Translations under genes and position numbers: made by a program
In this document: one piece after another, positions 41,401-53,260 of the stretch
How the letters are laid out: each line of letters begins with the position of its first letter
How positions within the stretch are numbered: the stretch's first letter is position 1
Notes under the pieces: model-generated
Told to the model about the DNA's origin: nothing
The model's input: only the letters and a program-made list of their open reading frames with translations
The model's database searches: none
From: Antedon mediterranea
Taxonomy: Eukaryota; Animalia; Echinodermata
Reading direction: 5' to 3'
Length of the DNA: 64,000 nt
Assembly (NCBI RefSeq): GCF_964355755.1
Contig: NC_092679.1
Location: forward strand, 960,201-1,024,200

Positions 41401-44400
41401 TGTAGTTTAAAAAAATGTCATTTAAAAATGTTTTGAGAACATTTCAGTACACAACACATTATGGAATGCAACTATCTGATAACAGGCCCGTTGTCACATT
41501 TACAATCAGCTATTTTGCATCAGGCCAAGAATATGGCAGCAAACAGTGAATACGGGTACTGCTTATCAAAATTCCAAAATAAAGACTTACAAATTTAACT
41601 GTGTAATGATTGAATAATTTGATAAATGTCAATAAATTATTGTCAAAGATAACAAACCAATAGTGGTGTTAGTACAATGGTCTATAGTATGGGTGCCGCT
41701 TATCTGGATAAACCGACAATAGGGAATGCTCTCGAAAGGGAGGCCTTAGATGGATAAACAACCCTCCCGTCATCCCCGCAGTCAAGTACACAAAATGATG
41801 ATTTATATAATTGTCATTTGTTTATACAGTATTTACTGAATTAAAATAAAATCTGAATCAACTAAATCTAGAAACTGAACTAGCATAAACTTGACAACAT
41901 TTGATAGAAAACAAGACACCGTCACATGACCATAAAACAGTGGATTCAACAACAGACTCCCCATGATGCAACAGCAACATACACAAGCTTATTTATTGTC
42001 CAATCACAAGTAATTATAATCGCACTCCACTGACGCTCCTTTAGGCAGGAGGCACTTGCTTCAAACCGAGACGGTTGCATATCTATTTAAAATCCCTTGT
42101 GCACCTCATTATAATCATAATTAGTCAGATTAATAGTCACCAACCATATTCAATTTCATTGCATAACAAGTGATATTTTTAAAGCCATATAAAAAATAAA
42201 TTATGTTATTATTATTTTTCTATAGTTTATTTTTTTATAAACTTTGTATCCCAATATGAACGGTAACGTTCAGGAAGGTAACGTTATCCAGCAAAGGTCG
42301 TCTGCATGAAGTAGGCTCAGCTAGAAATGTAAAATTTATGTCATTTTCTTGAAAGCAAAATTCAATAAATACTGAATAATACAACAGTATTTATTAAAAT
42401 AGAGGAACTCTTTAGAACTATTGTAATACATGGTATACCGCAAACTACCAACAGTATTTATTAAATTATTTTTGATATTTTTTGTAAATGTTTTTTTTCT
42501 GTCTTAATGTTTTGTATGGAGAGCCTATCAAGTGTCACATTCTAATTATTTTACTGATTTGTTATATGATGAAGTTTCTATGTCTTTGAACATACACCAA
42601 ATCCTACAAATATTCAGATAAACTTTGACATTACAATCATATAAATAAAATCAAGCTATAATGTAAAGTACAGTAAAACACAATAATATTTGTATTTGGC
42701 CAAATACTGTACAAATAGTAGAGTAGTAGACGAATGTTAACCCTCAGCCTTCAAACGTCATGCCAATGGCTTAACATTTTTAGAATTAGCTCCGTTTCCC
42801 AGAGAAAATTGTAATCCCCCATAAAGTCCATCGTGCCATTAAAAACACAACCAATAAAATTAGCTTATTATTATAATACCAGTTTACTGTTATGTTTCAC
42901 TTCAAGTACAATAACAATATTGACTTTATTTCAAGTAATATGTTGACAAATAATTATACTGTATATTCAGTATCCATATTTTCAAAAACCCACATAAACA
43001 ATTAAACATAAATAACACAAGTTCTTTGGCGGCAGGCAATTGGTTGAATTTGGGCGCTTATTTACATCTGTAGACTTGTTGTCTACAGTATAATTATAAT
43101 TATCCTTTTTTAGATAGATACACATAGAAGAAAAAACTATAACTTATATTTATATTGAAAAGTGTTTACTTGATTGCAACTGGTTTGTAATCAACAATGT
43201 GTATTATAACATTCTAAAACAACAACAAAACAAACAAAACAGTCAACATGGTATTTACCACTTTCATATTGCTTTGATATAAATAAATTTTATTTTATAC
43301 ACATTTGTTTACTTGTTTCTTGTAAATTTCACAGCAAACTGCACTGTAAGTAGATACAGTATCTTTTTGCCTGACAATCTGTACTTCCTATCCAATGATC
43401 TCAGAAATAGAATTATTGATAATGCTTTGAAGAAAAAGGTGTTTCCATATAATTGTAAGGCAGAAGTACAAATGGGTCTCTAGGTGCTACTAATACTTTC
43501 AAAAGTCAGTCTTAATGCATCTGTAATGTATCAAGAATCTCATTATGAAATTAGGATCTTTTTTCCAGATGTGAAATTACACATTTTTTAGATTCTAGTA
43601 GTACAGTACTATGTACATTTAAAATTCATTCAATAAATTACAGTTGTTTAGTTAAAATTTCATTCACTAAATGGCATAGTGAGGTAACTGTCTTAATTAA
43701 TTAATATGAAAATAAACACAAAGAAAAAACTTAAAGAGAGAATTAAAGTAAAAACAGTGCTCATATTAGCCTAAAAGGTGATAAAATTAAAGATACAATT
43801 TTAATTCAACAGTAAAGTTCATCTTTACTGTGCCATCTTCATCTCAGATTTCAATCTCATCACAACTAAAGCCAGTCTTTAAGTGTCTGGATATTAATTT
43901 AAAATATGCATTAAAAACACACACAAGTCTGGCTGCATTCGAACACACATTTCCAATTAATCAAATTGGTAGGGAATCAATGAGAAATTACGGTTTTCTT
44001 TCATGTTTACGCTCTTTAAAACCTTAATGAGATCTAATAAAGACAGTTAATAGGCTATTAATATTTAGGAATATAAGATGAGCAGTAATTTGTGGTTGAA
44101 ATTACTTTGACTTTTGTTGATTAGAAGAAACATGAGAATCGAGTTTACAAGGAAAGAGTGAGGTATTGGGAACCGAGAGGGACGAGAATGGGCGACAAGA
44201 AACAAATGGTGTTTAACAAATTATAAAGTGGTTTATGGTGGTACAGGTAAAGATTGTTGGAAGAACTTACACTACTACAAATCAACATTAGACCGAGTGA
44301 AGTCCCACCCGTCAATAATTTGAAGAATTCCATAATTTAAATTTAGATTTTATGTGGGAAGAACTTCCTTTAAGTAAAAACTTATGGGAAATGAGATAAG

Positions 44401-47400
44401 GCTAATGAGGTTCATAGAAAAAGTCAACAATAATAGGTTGGGTACTTGAATGGATGGACAAACCCTAACTTTACCATACTGATTATTAATATTAGTGCAT
44501 CAAGGTTTGAACAGTAATTGTGGTACCCATTTCATTATACCATTCTTTCTTGTCGCAATACAAGGAAGATCGCAACATATTTTATCTAGTCAATGATGGT
44601 AATATGCATAGTATTACTATTATTTGATCAGAATGACATTTGGTTGCTAAGTCTACTGATTCTCTTTGTGGCACATACACACTACAAAATTATAATGTAA
44701 AGGACATTGGTATTAGCAATGTGTTAGTACTGCTGCTGAGATTCAGCTTTGTACATGACATGACCTGACATGACCTTAGTAGTGTAAACAGCTGAAACAT
44801 TGCTGCCAATCTCTCAACTGATGATAGAAAAGCAGGCTACACTTGCTCGATGTTATCATTAATATGATGATAAATATTGATAACATCAGTTAATGTTTAA
44901 TAATGTAATATTGGTGACTACACCAATCGAGAAAGGGGAGTGATGAATCCAGTGAAAACAACTATAGGGATAGGATGGTATACTGTAGGGATATAAACAG
45001 GCATTTGTGTTTGTGGCAAGCAGTACTGTACTGTACATTCAGAAGTAAAATTCATTCCAAATGAAATGCTCTGCTTAAAGTTGAATTCATTTAATTAAAA
45101 CTTTCAGTTGAATCAAAATCAATAAATACTTGGAATGTTTGAAATGATTTAATTATAAATGCACATTAAATTATGATTCACAGGTTAGTTGTAAAAGTAA
45201 ATAATGTAAATCTTGAAATTAAATAGAGTATCATCATTAGATATCATGGCACCCTTGTTGTCACCTTCCTGTAGTAGTAATTAATAGCCAGTAAAATCCA
45301 TGATGGGCCTGGAAAATCTTCTACTGCTTATACTACTGGCCAAAATGTTTTTACCAAATTCAGAACAATTACATTACTGTACATTGTTTCAAAATATTGT
45401 TGGCCAGTAAAAATTTGCATTTGGGCTGGCAATTACTGGCCCAATTTTCCAGATATTTGGAGCATGGACCATGGTTGGAGATACTGTACAGTTAGCTCTA
45501 TGGTTAAATAATCTTAAGGATGACCCCTGCTGTACTGTATTTGGCTTCTAACCTGCAGTAATTCTATACTATGTCTTGGTAATGTCATACTGTAAATATT
45601 ACAGTACAGTACCTTGAAAATCTAACCACAATAACAAGCTTACTTCCAAGGAATAACAACCAAACATCCTCAATATTTAAAAAATAACCTATCTTAAATT
45701 TCAACAAAATGTTAGGGTTTTCCCCTGTGTTTAGTAGCACAGTAGGCCTACTGTCCTCATTATAATTTATGTATAATTTACTATCTGAAATGTCCATTAC
45801 TACTGTACATGGCAATTACTAATGCACCAATCACAGGATCTCACAGACCACATGTGACAATGTCCATATTAGATAACAATGATAATGTAATTTCAACATA
45901 ATCTACCTCATTCATATGACATTAAATTGGGATTTATGGATTTTGTTTGTTTTTAAATCAACCAGGATAATGACATGATTGTTTTTGTGAAATTATATAA
46001 ATGACATAAGATTTGTTTTTTCAAATGTTATTGTTATAATGCCCTAGTTAAGTTTGGTCATTTATTGTATCTCAGTCCACACACAATCAAAAATGTTTTA
46101 TTATTATTTATAAGTACAAATGTATATAGTGAATATGTTGTGTGAAATAAAACTGAAACTCAAAAACATCCATACAAAGATGATGAGATACACAGAAAAG
46201 ATGATAAATGAAGAATATTCTTGATAATTTATAGGAAATATACAGATTGTTTAAAAACCTCTAATTAGAATTATTTGAAACAAAGAATCATCCCTTGAAT
46301 AATTAACTGTCTAGCTAGAGGCACCTTCTGTTAAACTTCATGAATAAATAATTGCAGTAGTAATGACAATAAATCTACATAGATTATACAGTGTATTACA
46401 GTAGTAAATTAGCATAGACTGTACAGCTAGCCTCAAAACATCATTGGTGGTAATGAAGTCAAAGTATTAAGCTCTGTCTACACTATCAAATTCATTTCAA
46501 TATGGGAAGGTAACTATCCTCTTCCTATTGTGAGTGATGAATATCGCTGTGTTGTATCAATATCATTATACAATTTGAAATTATGATAGTAGACAAGACA
46601 CATCAGATTGTCATGAATAATGTACAAGTAGGGGAAGCTCAGGCGTTTAAATGGTATAATACACAGAATGCTGCATGCATGCCCTCTGTACATACAGGGT
46701 TAAATCAAAACAAACAAGCTTTTAACAATGTCCATAATGAGTAGTGAGCACTCACAACACTATCAGTAGACCAACATGTCATATTACTGCATTATTCATT
46801 TTTACTCAAGTATCTGAATGTCTATTGATTCTGTAGTGATAATAGTAATAGTGAAGTTATAAATAATGTTCAAAATAAACTAGAGACACTGTACTACAGT
46901 ATAGTTTGGTTCCCACTTCAACCATCTCCATGCTTCAACGCAATGCAAGGACGTAACCACACCGTAAGAAAGTATGACAATGTGTGTGATTGGTCAACTC
47001 GTTTATAGTACATAATTTGCGCTACGTCTGAGTGTGAACCAACCAAGCTTTAGTGTTTAAAGCAAAAAAAATCACACTATAGTTAACACTAAACAGTACA
47101 GATGCTGTACCATGGACATACAGCCAGTACTACTACTGTAATGTACTATCCAGCATGACTCTACCATACAGTTACAATTCTTTAGTTGACGTAGTTTGTG
47201 GCTGACTGATTTTAACCTCAGTATAAACTATCATGCTTGAATGTACTAGATTTAAATACCACTATTCAAACGTTGAATTACCAGTATTGTCTACAGAGAA
47301 AAGGTAACACAAAGAAACTTGTTTTAGGATCAATATTGACCCAGTAGTGTGTCATCACTATTCAACACTTGAGATCAAGGTACAAATTACAGTATTCCAT

Positions 47401-50400
47401 TCACAGCATAAGGCTGCCAAAGACCTTTCAATTAACTATGGCCTCCCAATGATAATGTGGGATGTGTATGAAAAACATAGGCCTACATCGTTAATAATAC
47501 AGGGGTAGCTTCCTTGTTAATGTATATTAAATGTCATTGTAAGTAAGTAAAAAATATACTTTATAAGATTATGAAATTTCTCAGAATTTGTCTTCAATTA
47601 CATCTTTTCTGGTGACCTGGGGTTAGGATACTTTAATTTATATTAATTTATTATCACTACCATTTGTTCAACAAACCAGTTATCATGATTTGAAATGGGC
47701 CACACATTTAAATGTTTTATGTACTGTACATAGACCTACAGTATAATTGTTAACCAAGCCAGGCCAATTGGTTACGATATTTTTGTTGCGATTTTAAACT
47801 CACAGGTATAGACCTGTAAAGTGTATACAAACAAAGACAGTCAGAAAAGCCACACTTTAAGACTTGACATGTTTATTTTTAGCAGAGGCTCAGTGAATAT
47901 CCCACAGTTTACTTTATAATGTATTACAAATTACCAGTGAGCATGCCTACTGAGATGGGGCCAAGGATATGCACTTTGAAAGTTTCCAATTCACTGATAT
48001 AATCATCCAAAATATTGACGTCAATGGATCGTTTCATTTTCATCTTTTGTGCTCACAAACAATGATCTAATAGACTATTGTTCATCTTCATAGAGACACC
48101 TTTATCAGCAATACCATTTTAACAAGACAGATTTACTAATAATTTCACAATGAATGAGCAAATAAACAGTTCCTATTGTTTTTTTACAAAGAAAAATTCA
48201 AAAAATCCATGAATCCTATACTAAATTTCTATTTATTTTAAATGGTATAAAGAATTTTCTTTGTATACAATTCTTCACGTAAACCATAAAAAGACACGTA
48301 TGTGTGGGACGTTTCAAATCTTCATCTGGCAAAAAGAATTGTATACAGATAAAACCTGATGAAAACATATTTTTATAAGATTTTTTTTATTTTAAACAAA
48401 AAGTGGCAGCACAATTGTCTTACTGTTAAGTTCAAGCTTAGGGTGAAACACAACTAAGTGCAATGTAGGAGAGTTGATCCATGACATGTGAAAGTTTAGT
48501 TTAATCCATTGCTTGTGATTGGTCAAATTACTTACCGTCCTAGTAGGAACAAAGCTTTATAGCGTTATGAATGAAATGTTTCTTATATCAGTTTTAATAA
48601 AATATTTCTTACCTCCACAATATCATCCAAATCTTTCACATAGCTCCTTTCAGTCTCCAGTATTTCCTGAACTTTGTACTCAATAAATGTGGAGTTTCGA
48701 TTCCGACTACTACAAGCGCCATCTACATCATCGTCATCGTCCGTAGCATCGAAATCTGTCGAATTCCTTGTGGTATCGTAGTCCGTAGAATTCCGCGTAG
48801 TATCAAAGTCGGTAGAGTCTCTAGTTGAATCAAAATCTGATGAACTTCTCATAGATACGACGTCGTGATTACTATTACACATGTTATTGCTGTTGTTATT
48901 AACAGAGTCCTGGCTCCCAGATGTCGCTACGTTCCTTTTAAAAAATGCTTCTTCCGTTGATGCGGACTCCGTCTTTAAAACAGGTTCCTCAACTATCTGT
49001 AACACCATATCTGTCATTTCATCCGGGGAATAATCCGAATTACTCCCATTGACTTCCGTAAGCTCACTGGAACCGTAACTTACATTGAGATCGTTGTTGG
49101 AACTATTACACGTATTTCTTTCCATGGAAGACCGAGATGTTTGTAAATGGTGGCCGTTCAGTAAGCCGTCTATACCATCCTTATCATGTTCCAATGACGT
49201 CTGTGAACCTGATTTCACAGAATCATCAAGTTTTAAATCCTGCATAGCATTTGATAAAATATCTGTGTGGCTCGCTAACACATCCGTACAAATATCCAGA
49301 TTGTCATCACTTATTTCAGGTTTCATCAATGTGTTGTGAATGCCTTTTTTCTCCAATTCAGTATTGGTATTTTGCTGCCATGTGCCAGCTTTGTTTGTCT
49401 CACATTCCTGAGTACTTAGTAATCCATTTAACGGTTCATTCACCACACCAATATTTGAAGAAGACTTCCCTGAGTAAAAACCATTCCTGTCTGATGCCAT
49501 GCTATCAAAAAGTTCTAATATCTCGATAGACAAATCTGTGAATGAAATGAAACAAATGTATGCATACTCGATAAAATAAAACAAAGTGCAAACAGCAGAA
49601 ATATGTCTGGTATTTTTCTAAGAGAATTTAATGCTGTAAACTGCTATTAAAATATATTCATACTTTACCTAAATCATCAGAACGTTAACCTAGTTATTAC
49701 TTCCATCAATTGATTTCTCAATTTATTCACCAACTATCAAAATGAAATCTTTTCAAGGGCAGTAGGCGCCATGTACTGTGATGTACAGTATACTACATAC
49801 AATCCTAGTTATTATAATTCAAAGTTCAATTGTGAAGGTCAAAGGGTCAAATCCAACTAATCATAATGTAAATGGTAAATTAATAATATTTTGTATAGTG
49901 TAATACCAGGGACATCTCACTGGTAGTACTAGTACTAGTAGCGTACTGTACAGTAGCAGTTTTTCTCTCTTTTGTAACCACTACAGTACAGTAGCAGTTT
50001 CTTATACAAAAGCAAAACTTAATCTATTAAATATGAACAACATGAACACCTTACTCAAGATAAAACCAGGTTAATCTTATATTAATACTGTATATACAGT
50101 TAATTACAAAAAATACATCTGCTGTAAATATAATATATTAATAATATTAATGGGTAAATATATCTAACCCAGTTTTACTTTTAGTTTATTAATGTGTACT
50201 GTACTACTATATTATTATTTTTTAAGATAATAAATAAACATTATTTTGACTTATTTACATTTTATTTATTTTGTTTGAAATAATGTTTTAGTTTGTTTAC
50301 AACTTATGTATCCATGTTTACACTGTCTAGACATGTAGGCCTACAGTGGAGTCAACCTTTGATAATATTAAATTGATTGTTAATTTGATTATATTAGTTT

Positions 50401-52294
50401 ACCTATCACACTGTGGTCCTTACTCACAAACACTGTGCTCAGATAAATAAAGTACACAGTGATAGGACTAGGACTACCATAAAATAATGGTCCATCAAAA
50501 TGATAATCTTGCCCTGCCCATCACTGTATACTTGAGCAACCAATTAGTCTAAACTAATTCCTCAATGGTTTTTACCAAATTTGTTATTAATTGTTACTTG
50601 TACAAATAATTAAGTACTTCCTGCTGGAAGTACTTACTGTAACTGCCAAATTTCAAGCCATGACAAAAAGTCATCAACTTTAGAAATCTTGCACTAAATT
50701 TAGATTAGCAAGATAATCCTTTTATGGTTTATTAATCTTTAAACTTGATCTTAAACCACTAATCCATCCTTAAGCACAATTTTCAAGATGTGATTCATCC
50801 CACCTAAGTACTGACTATATCTACTTCTGTTTAAATACTGTCACTGGTGTTAACTCTTGTTAAATAATTGACTAATCCATATAAAGTAATTAAGTAGAAT
50901 GTTATATTTTATTGTATAATTAATTAATTAAAATATTTAATGATATCTTTTAAAGGCAGGGTTCAATTCCTAATGTAACCATAATGGCACATTGGACAGT
51001 TTGAAATCACGTTTATTTTAATAAAGGAATTTGTTCGATTCTTATCACTGCCGTTTCAGTTTATTACTCAAAATGTATTTGAGCCTAGCCTAGGAAATAC
51101 AGTTGTAAAGCAATTGATTCAATGTAAACAACATGCCAAGACAACTTTGGGATCAGTTCCTGACAAGACAACTTTGGGATCAGTTCCTGCCAAGACAACT
51201 TTGGGATCAGTTCCTGCCAAGACAACTTTGAGATCAGTTCCTGCCAATACAACTTTGGGATCAGTTCCTGCCAAGACAACTTTGGGATCAGTTCCTGCCA
51301 AGACAACTTTGGGATCAGTTCCTGCCAAGACAACTTTGGGATCAGTTCCTGCCAAGACAACTTTGGGATCAGTTCCTGCCAAGACAACTTTGGGATCAGT
51401 TCCTGCCAAGACAACTTTGGGATCAGTTCCTGCCAAGACAACTTTGGGATCAGTTCCTGCCAAGACAACTTTGGGATCAGTTCCTGCCAAGACAACTTTG
51501 GGATCAGTTCCTGCCAAGACAACTTTGGGATCAGTTCCTGCCAAGACAACTTTGGGATCAGTTCCGACTTTACAGAAATTAGAGATGTCTACTGTACAGT
51601 ACCACCAATAGATTTTGTGGGTTTGTGGGTGCGGCAGCCACACCCAGATTTTGTGGGTTTGTGGGTGCGGCAGCCACACCCAGATTTTGTGGGTTTGGCA
51701 GCCATACCCAGATTTTGTGGGTTTGGCAGCCATACCCAGATTTTAATTGTAAATGTTAATTAACTCACCACATTCTGGAAGCAGAATGGAACGTGTTTCT
51801 CTTAACATTGAGGAGGTAATAACACATCCAATCCAAGGCGTACACATTGTTATTAGATTAGTTAAATATTATCATAAACATACTCCTTTGCTGCTGGTCA
51901 GTTTATAACTGAATAAATACCAAAATATATTGTGTACTTGAATGTCTTTTAATTTACATCTGTCCTAATAAATTCTTTTATCTGTATTAGTACCAAAGGT
52001 GAAGGATAAGTAGTCCGCTATTGTTTTTTGCATTAGTACTGTACCTTCGGCCTTCGACAATACTGTATATTTCAAAATATTTCAACCTTGCAGTTATTTT
52101 GACAGGAATTATAAAAAAGACATAACATAATATGTAGAAATTATTTAGAATTAAACTAAAATAATTTTAATTATATAATCTTGGACAATTTTACCTGAAG
52201 TTAGCAAAGGCGACTTAGGTATTGAATCGAGATATAAGGGGTCAACATCTTCCAACGAATGACCCCTATTTTCTTCATTTTCATCCATCTCCAT
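15773..52294 (-). CDS. PLEKHG1: PLEKHG1/2/3-family DH-PH Rho guanine nucleotide exchange factor (multi-exon)
   Basis: In-frame join of 52294-52195, 49535-48613, 39347-39247, 31132-31063, 28052-27855, 26182-26021, 25771-25736, 25433-25308, 25185-25090, 24941-24827, 24317-24177, [21887-21846], 20550-20522, 18264-18139, 17961-17898, 17433-15773 = 1315 aa (1329 with cassette). DH motifs [39 protein letters not shown]; PH exons follow. Probably a single invertebrate co-orthologue of PLEKHG1/2/3. Confidence 0.92.
17898..17961 (-). CDS. RhoGEF exon [21 protein letters not shown]
   Basis: 64 nt phase 0->1, GTAAGC donor. Confidence 0.78.
18139..18264 (-). CDS. RhoGEF exon [14 protein letters not shown]...QVNDK
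   Basis: 126 nt, TAG/GTAAC. Confidence 0.82.
18578..18709. mobile_element. MITE family A copy
   Basis: Same TIRs, TTA/TTA TSD. Confidence 0.8.
20220..20352. mobile_element. MITE family A (PIF/Harbinger-like)
   Basis: Perfect TIR AGCTCTGTTTACACTATCAAAC, TWA flanks. Confidence 0.85.
20522..20550 (-). CDS. RhoGEF 29-nt exon [10 protein letters not shown]
   Basis: TTGCAG/GTAAGT; required to convert phase 1 to phase 0. Confidence 0.8.
21377..21528. mobile_element. MITE family B copy
   Basis: Right TIR CTAGTGGGAACCAAGCT. Confidence 0.72.
21846..21887 (-). CDS. Putative 42-nt cassette exon [15 protein letters not shown]
   Basis: CAG acceptor, G|GTGAGT donor, symmetric phase 1, open in frame. 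Confidence 0.6.
23126..23372. repeat. 17-bp AAATTGGAAGGTGGTCT repeats in two clusters (MITE subterminal remnant)
   Basis: Direct inspection. Confidence 0.6.
24177..24317 (-). CDS. RhoGEF post-PH basic exon ([20 protein letters not shown])
   Basis: 141 nt phase 1->1; RRxSxP motif. Confidence 0.85.
24827..24941 (-). CDS. RhoGEF PH C-terminal helix exon [22 protein letters not shown]...IPNKAK
   Basis: Conserved PH Trp; 115 nt. Confidence 0.9.
25090..25185 (-). CDS. RhoGEF PH exon [24 protein letters not shown]...
   Basis: 96 nt, CxNL(L/M)LxE motif. Confidence 0.92.
25308..25433 (-). CDS. RhoGEF PH exon [30 protein letters not shown]...
   Basis: ERxxxLFEK PH motif, 126 nt. Confidence 0.92.
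25736..25771 (-). CDS. RhoGEF 36-nt exon [12 protein letters not shown] (PH start)
   Basis: DLxxYGELxLE motif; strong splice sites. Confidence 0.9.
26021..26182 (-). CDS. RhoGEF exon [11 protein letters not shown]...[10 protein letters not shown] (end of DH)
   Basis: 162 nt, CAG/GTAAGT. Confidence 0.92.
26283..26390 (+). mobile_element. tRNA-derived SINE head remnant (duplicated A-box)
   Basis: GAGTTGTGTGGCCGAGTGGTTAAG twice, B-box-like GGTTCAA; no cloverleaf. Confidence 0.5.
27402..27830. repeat. 9-bp repeat TGTGTTT(A/T)G in RhoGEF intron
   Basis: Direct inspection. Confidence 0.96.
27855..28052 (-). CDS. RhoGEF DH exon [15 protein letters not shown]...[16 protein letters not shown]
   Basis: DH CR3 motif, 198 nt. 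Confidence 0.95.
29065..29240. repeat. Dispersed repeat shared with 38965-39180
   Basis: Shared TACTGCAGTAATGTATGATTT and AATTGCATA..AGGTTT blocks. Confidence 0.5.
30525..30696. mobile_element. MITE family A copy
   Basis: AGCTCTGTCTACACTATCAAAC TIR; internal CCATATTTGGGCA repeats. Confidence 0.8.
31063..31132 (-). CDS. RhoGEF DH exon [23 protein letters not shown]
   Basis: 70 nt phase 2->0; not in the ORF track but required by frame; DPVxIAECF is typical of PLEKHG. Confidence 0.92.
32723..35826. repeat. Minisatellite, 24-bp unit CATCACCAC(C/T)CTACAGTGACCA(T/C)A, ~129 copies, intronic
   Basis: Direct inspection; lies between DH exons 39247 and 31132. Confidence 0.98.
35900..36579. mobile_element. 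Harbinger-like non-autonomous element
   Basis: TAA-GGGTATGTTCAGACTCACGGAGTTACGGTGGAGTTA inverted with TAACTCCACCGTAACTCTGTGAGT; outer right TIR eroded. Confidence 0.65.
37523..38345. mobile_element. Non-autonomous Tc1/mariner (Tc2/Kanga-like) DNA transposon
   Basis: TA-flanked ~28-bp TIRs CCATATATTTTCGGTGTATAAGTCGCAC / GTGCGACTTATACACCGAAATATACGG; subterminal GTGCGTCTTATACAC repeats; no transposase ORF. Confidence 0.85.
38694..38962. repeat. Local tandem duplications (~27 bp and ~75 bp blocks)
   Basis: CCTGTCCTAAGGGTAGGT x2; TATTATGACAACCTGCATACAACACTGGACATT x2. Confidence 0.75.
39247..39347 (-). CDS. RhoGEF DH exon [10 protein letters not shown]...[13 protein letters not shown]
   Basis: LFSN DH motif, 101 nt. 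Confidence 0.92.
39520..40588. repeat. Minisatellite, 20-bp unit CTTTCCCTTTAAGACTAG(C/T)A, ~45 copies, AT spacer, then ~4 variant copies
   Basis: Direct inspection. Confidence 0.97.
40980..41135. mobile_element. MITE family A copy, followed by two duplicated TIR ends to ~41228
   Basis: TAA/TAA TSD. Confidence 0.8.
46470..46490. mobile_element. MITE family A solo TIR
   Basis: AGCTCTGTCTACACTATCAAA. Confidence 0.6.
46903..47049. mobile_element. MITE family B degenerate copy
   Basis: TTGGTTCCCAC...AACCAAGCT. Confidence 0.6.
48435..48556. mobile_element. MITE family B degenerate copy
   Basis: GCTTGTGATTGGTCAA...CCTAGTAGGAACAAAGCT. Confidence 0.55.
48613..49535 (-). CDS. RhoGEF large N-terminal exon, ending in DH helix 1 ([21 protein letters not shown])
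   Basis: 923 nt open exon, GTAAGA donor. Confidence 0.93.
51134..51565. repeat. Minisatellite, 27-bp unit GCCAAGACAACTTTGGGATCAGTTCCT, ~16 copies
   Basis: Direct inspection. Confidence 0.96.
51610..51743. repeat. Tandem 36/28-bp repeat AGATTTTGTGGGTTT...GGCAGCCA(C/T)ACCC x4
   Basis: Direct inspection. Confidence 0.88.
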
Positions 52295-52340
52295 AATAAT
52301 AATTTCACTCACTTCACGCACATCGCATCTTGTATCTTGT
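52195..52340 (-). CDS. RhoGEF exon containing likely start codon (ATG at 52294; MEMDENEEN...)
   Basis: CAG acceptor at 52341, G|GTAAAA donor phase 1 matches the next exon. Confidence 0.7.
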
Positions 52341-52809
52341 CTGTGAAAAGAAAATGTCAATGGCCATTGATATTAATTGAGTATAAAGATTAATTGTATA
52401 TACAGTAGTAGTATAGTATAGATATTAATTTGTAAACTATTATTTTATATTTTATTACATTTATTTCTGTCTGTTCTTCTGTTCTTTTAATTTATAGTAT
52501 TACAAAATATTTACAACTTACAAGAAATTAAAGAAAAAAATGTTAAACAATTTTTAAAGAAACATGAAAATTAAACATGGGTATTAGGCCCTACCTGTAC
52601 CTAGCTAGGCCTAGGCTATATTTTGTTATAGAAATCTTAGGCCAGGAGAAACCCACATTTCGGCCTTTAAAAAGTGGGTGTTTCGAAAGCAAGAAAAACC
52701 TTAATCAAAACATGACCTCCTCCTAAAATAAATATTATTCTTAATCTATTAATGTACATAGGCCTAGTCTAGATGTTCAAATTGTATGGAAACCAACTAC
52801 AGTACTTAC

Positions 52810-53260
52810 AGATGATGTGGATGATACTGTAAAACACAATGTATTCTACCTGCTATTCTACTCTCCTAGGCCTAGATTTACAGTAAATGAAAAACAATCT
52901 CTTCTCTTCTCTCAGGCTGTGTTCCCCTCGATCGCCTCTCGCGGTCGGTAAAATTGGTTTGGTACTGACAGATACAGTGACTACCAATTTACCGTTCCAT
53001 TCCAGGACGATTAACTCTGTTTGTAGTATTTCCGAAGAAGGTAGGTAATCATGTTAACTTCCGATCCAATCCGGTTATCCTACGTTCAGTACAATAGTTT
53101 TAAACATGGTTTTCTTAATTAATCCAGCAACAATATGACAACATCATCATCGGACTAAAAATCTCGCAGTTTTCTTTCTGCTGTCACTTTTGTGTGTGTC
53201 GTCGGCCGCGGATTCGCATGTCGCGTCTCAGATTCAAGTTTAATAGCGCCACCACACGTA
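52810..53260 (-). promoter_or_regulatory. CpG-enriched promoter / non-coding first exon of RhoGEF
   Basis: Local CpG cluster 53160-53260, CTCF-like GGTGGCGCTA at 53244-53253, GTAAGT donor at 52809. Confidence 0.55.

Noticed and set aside
48308-48330. Penelope-type minimal hammerhead-like sequence on the minus strand (CAGATGAAGATTTGAAACGTC); similar at 6850-6872
   Set aside because: The catalytic core is mutated (CAGAUGA, or GAAC instead of GAAA) and no stems are evident
51085-51733. Repetitive ORFs ([27 protein letters not shown])
   Set aside because: Translations of a 27-bp intronic minisatellite
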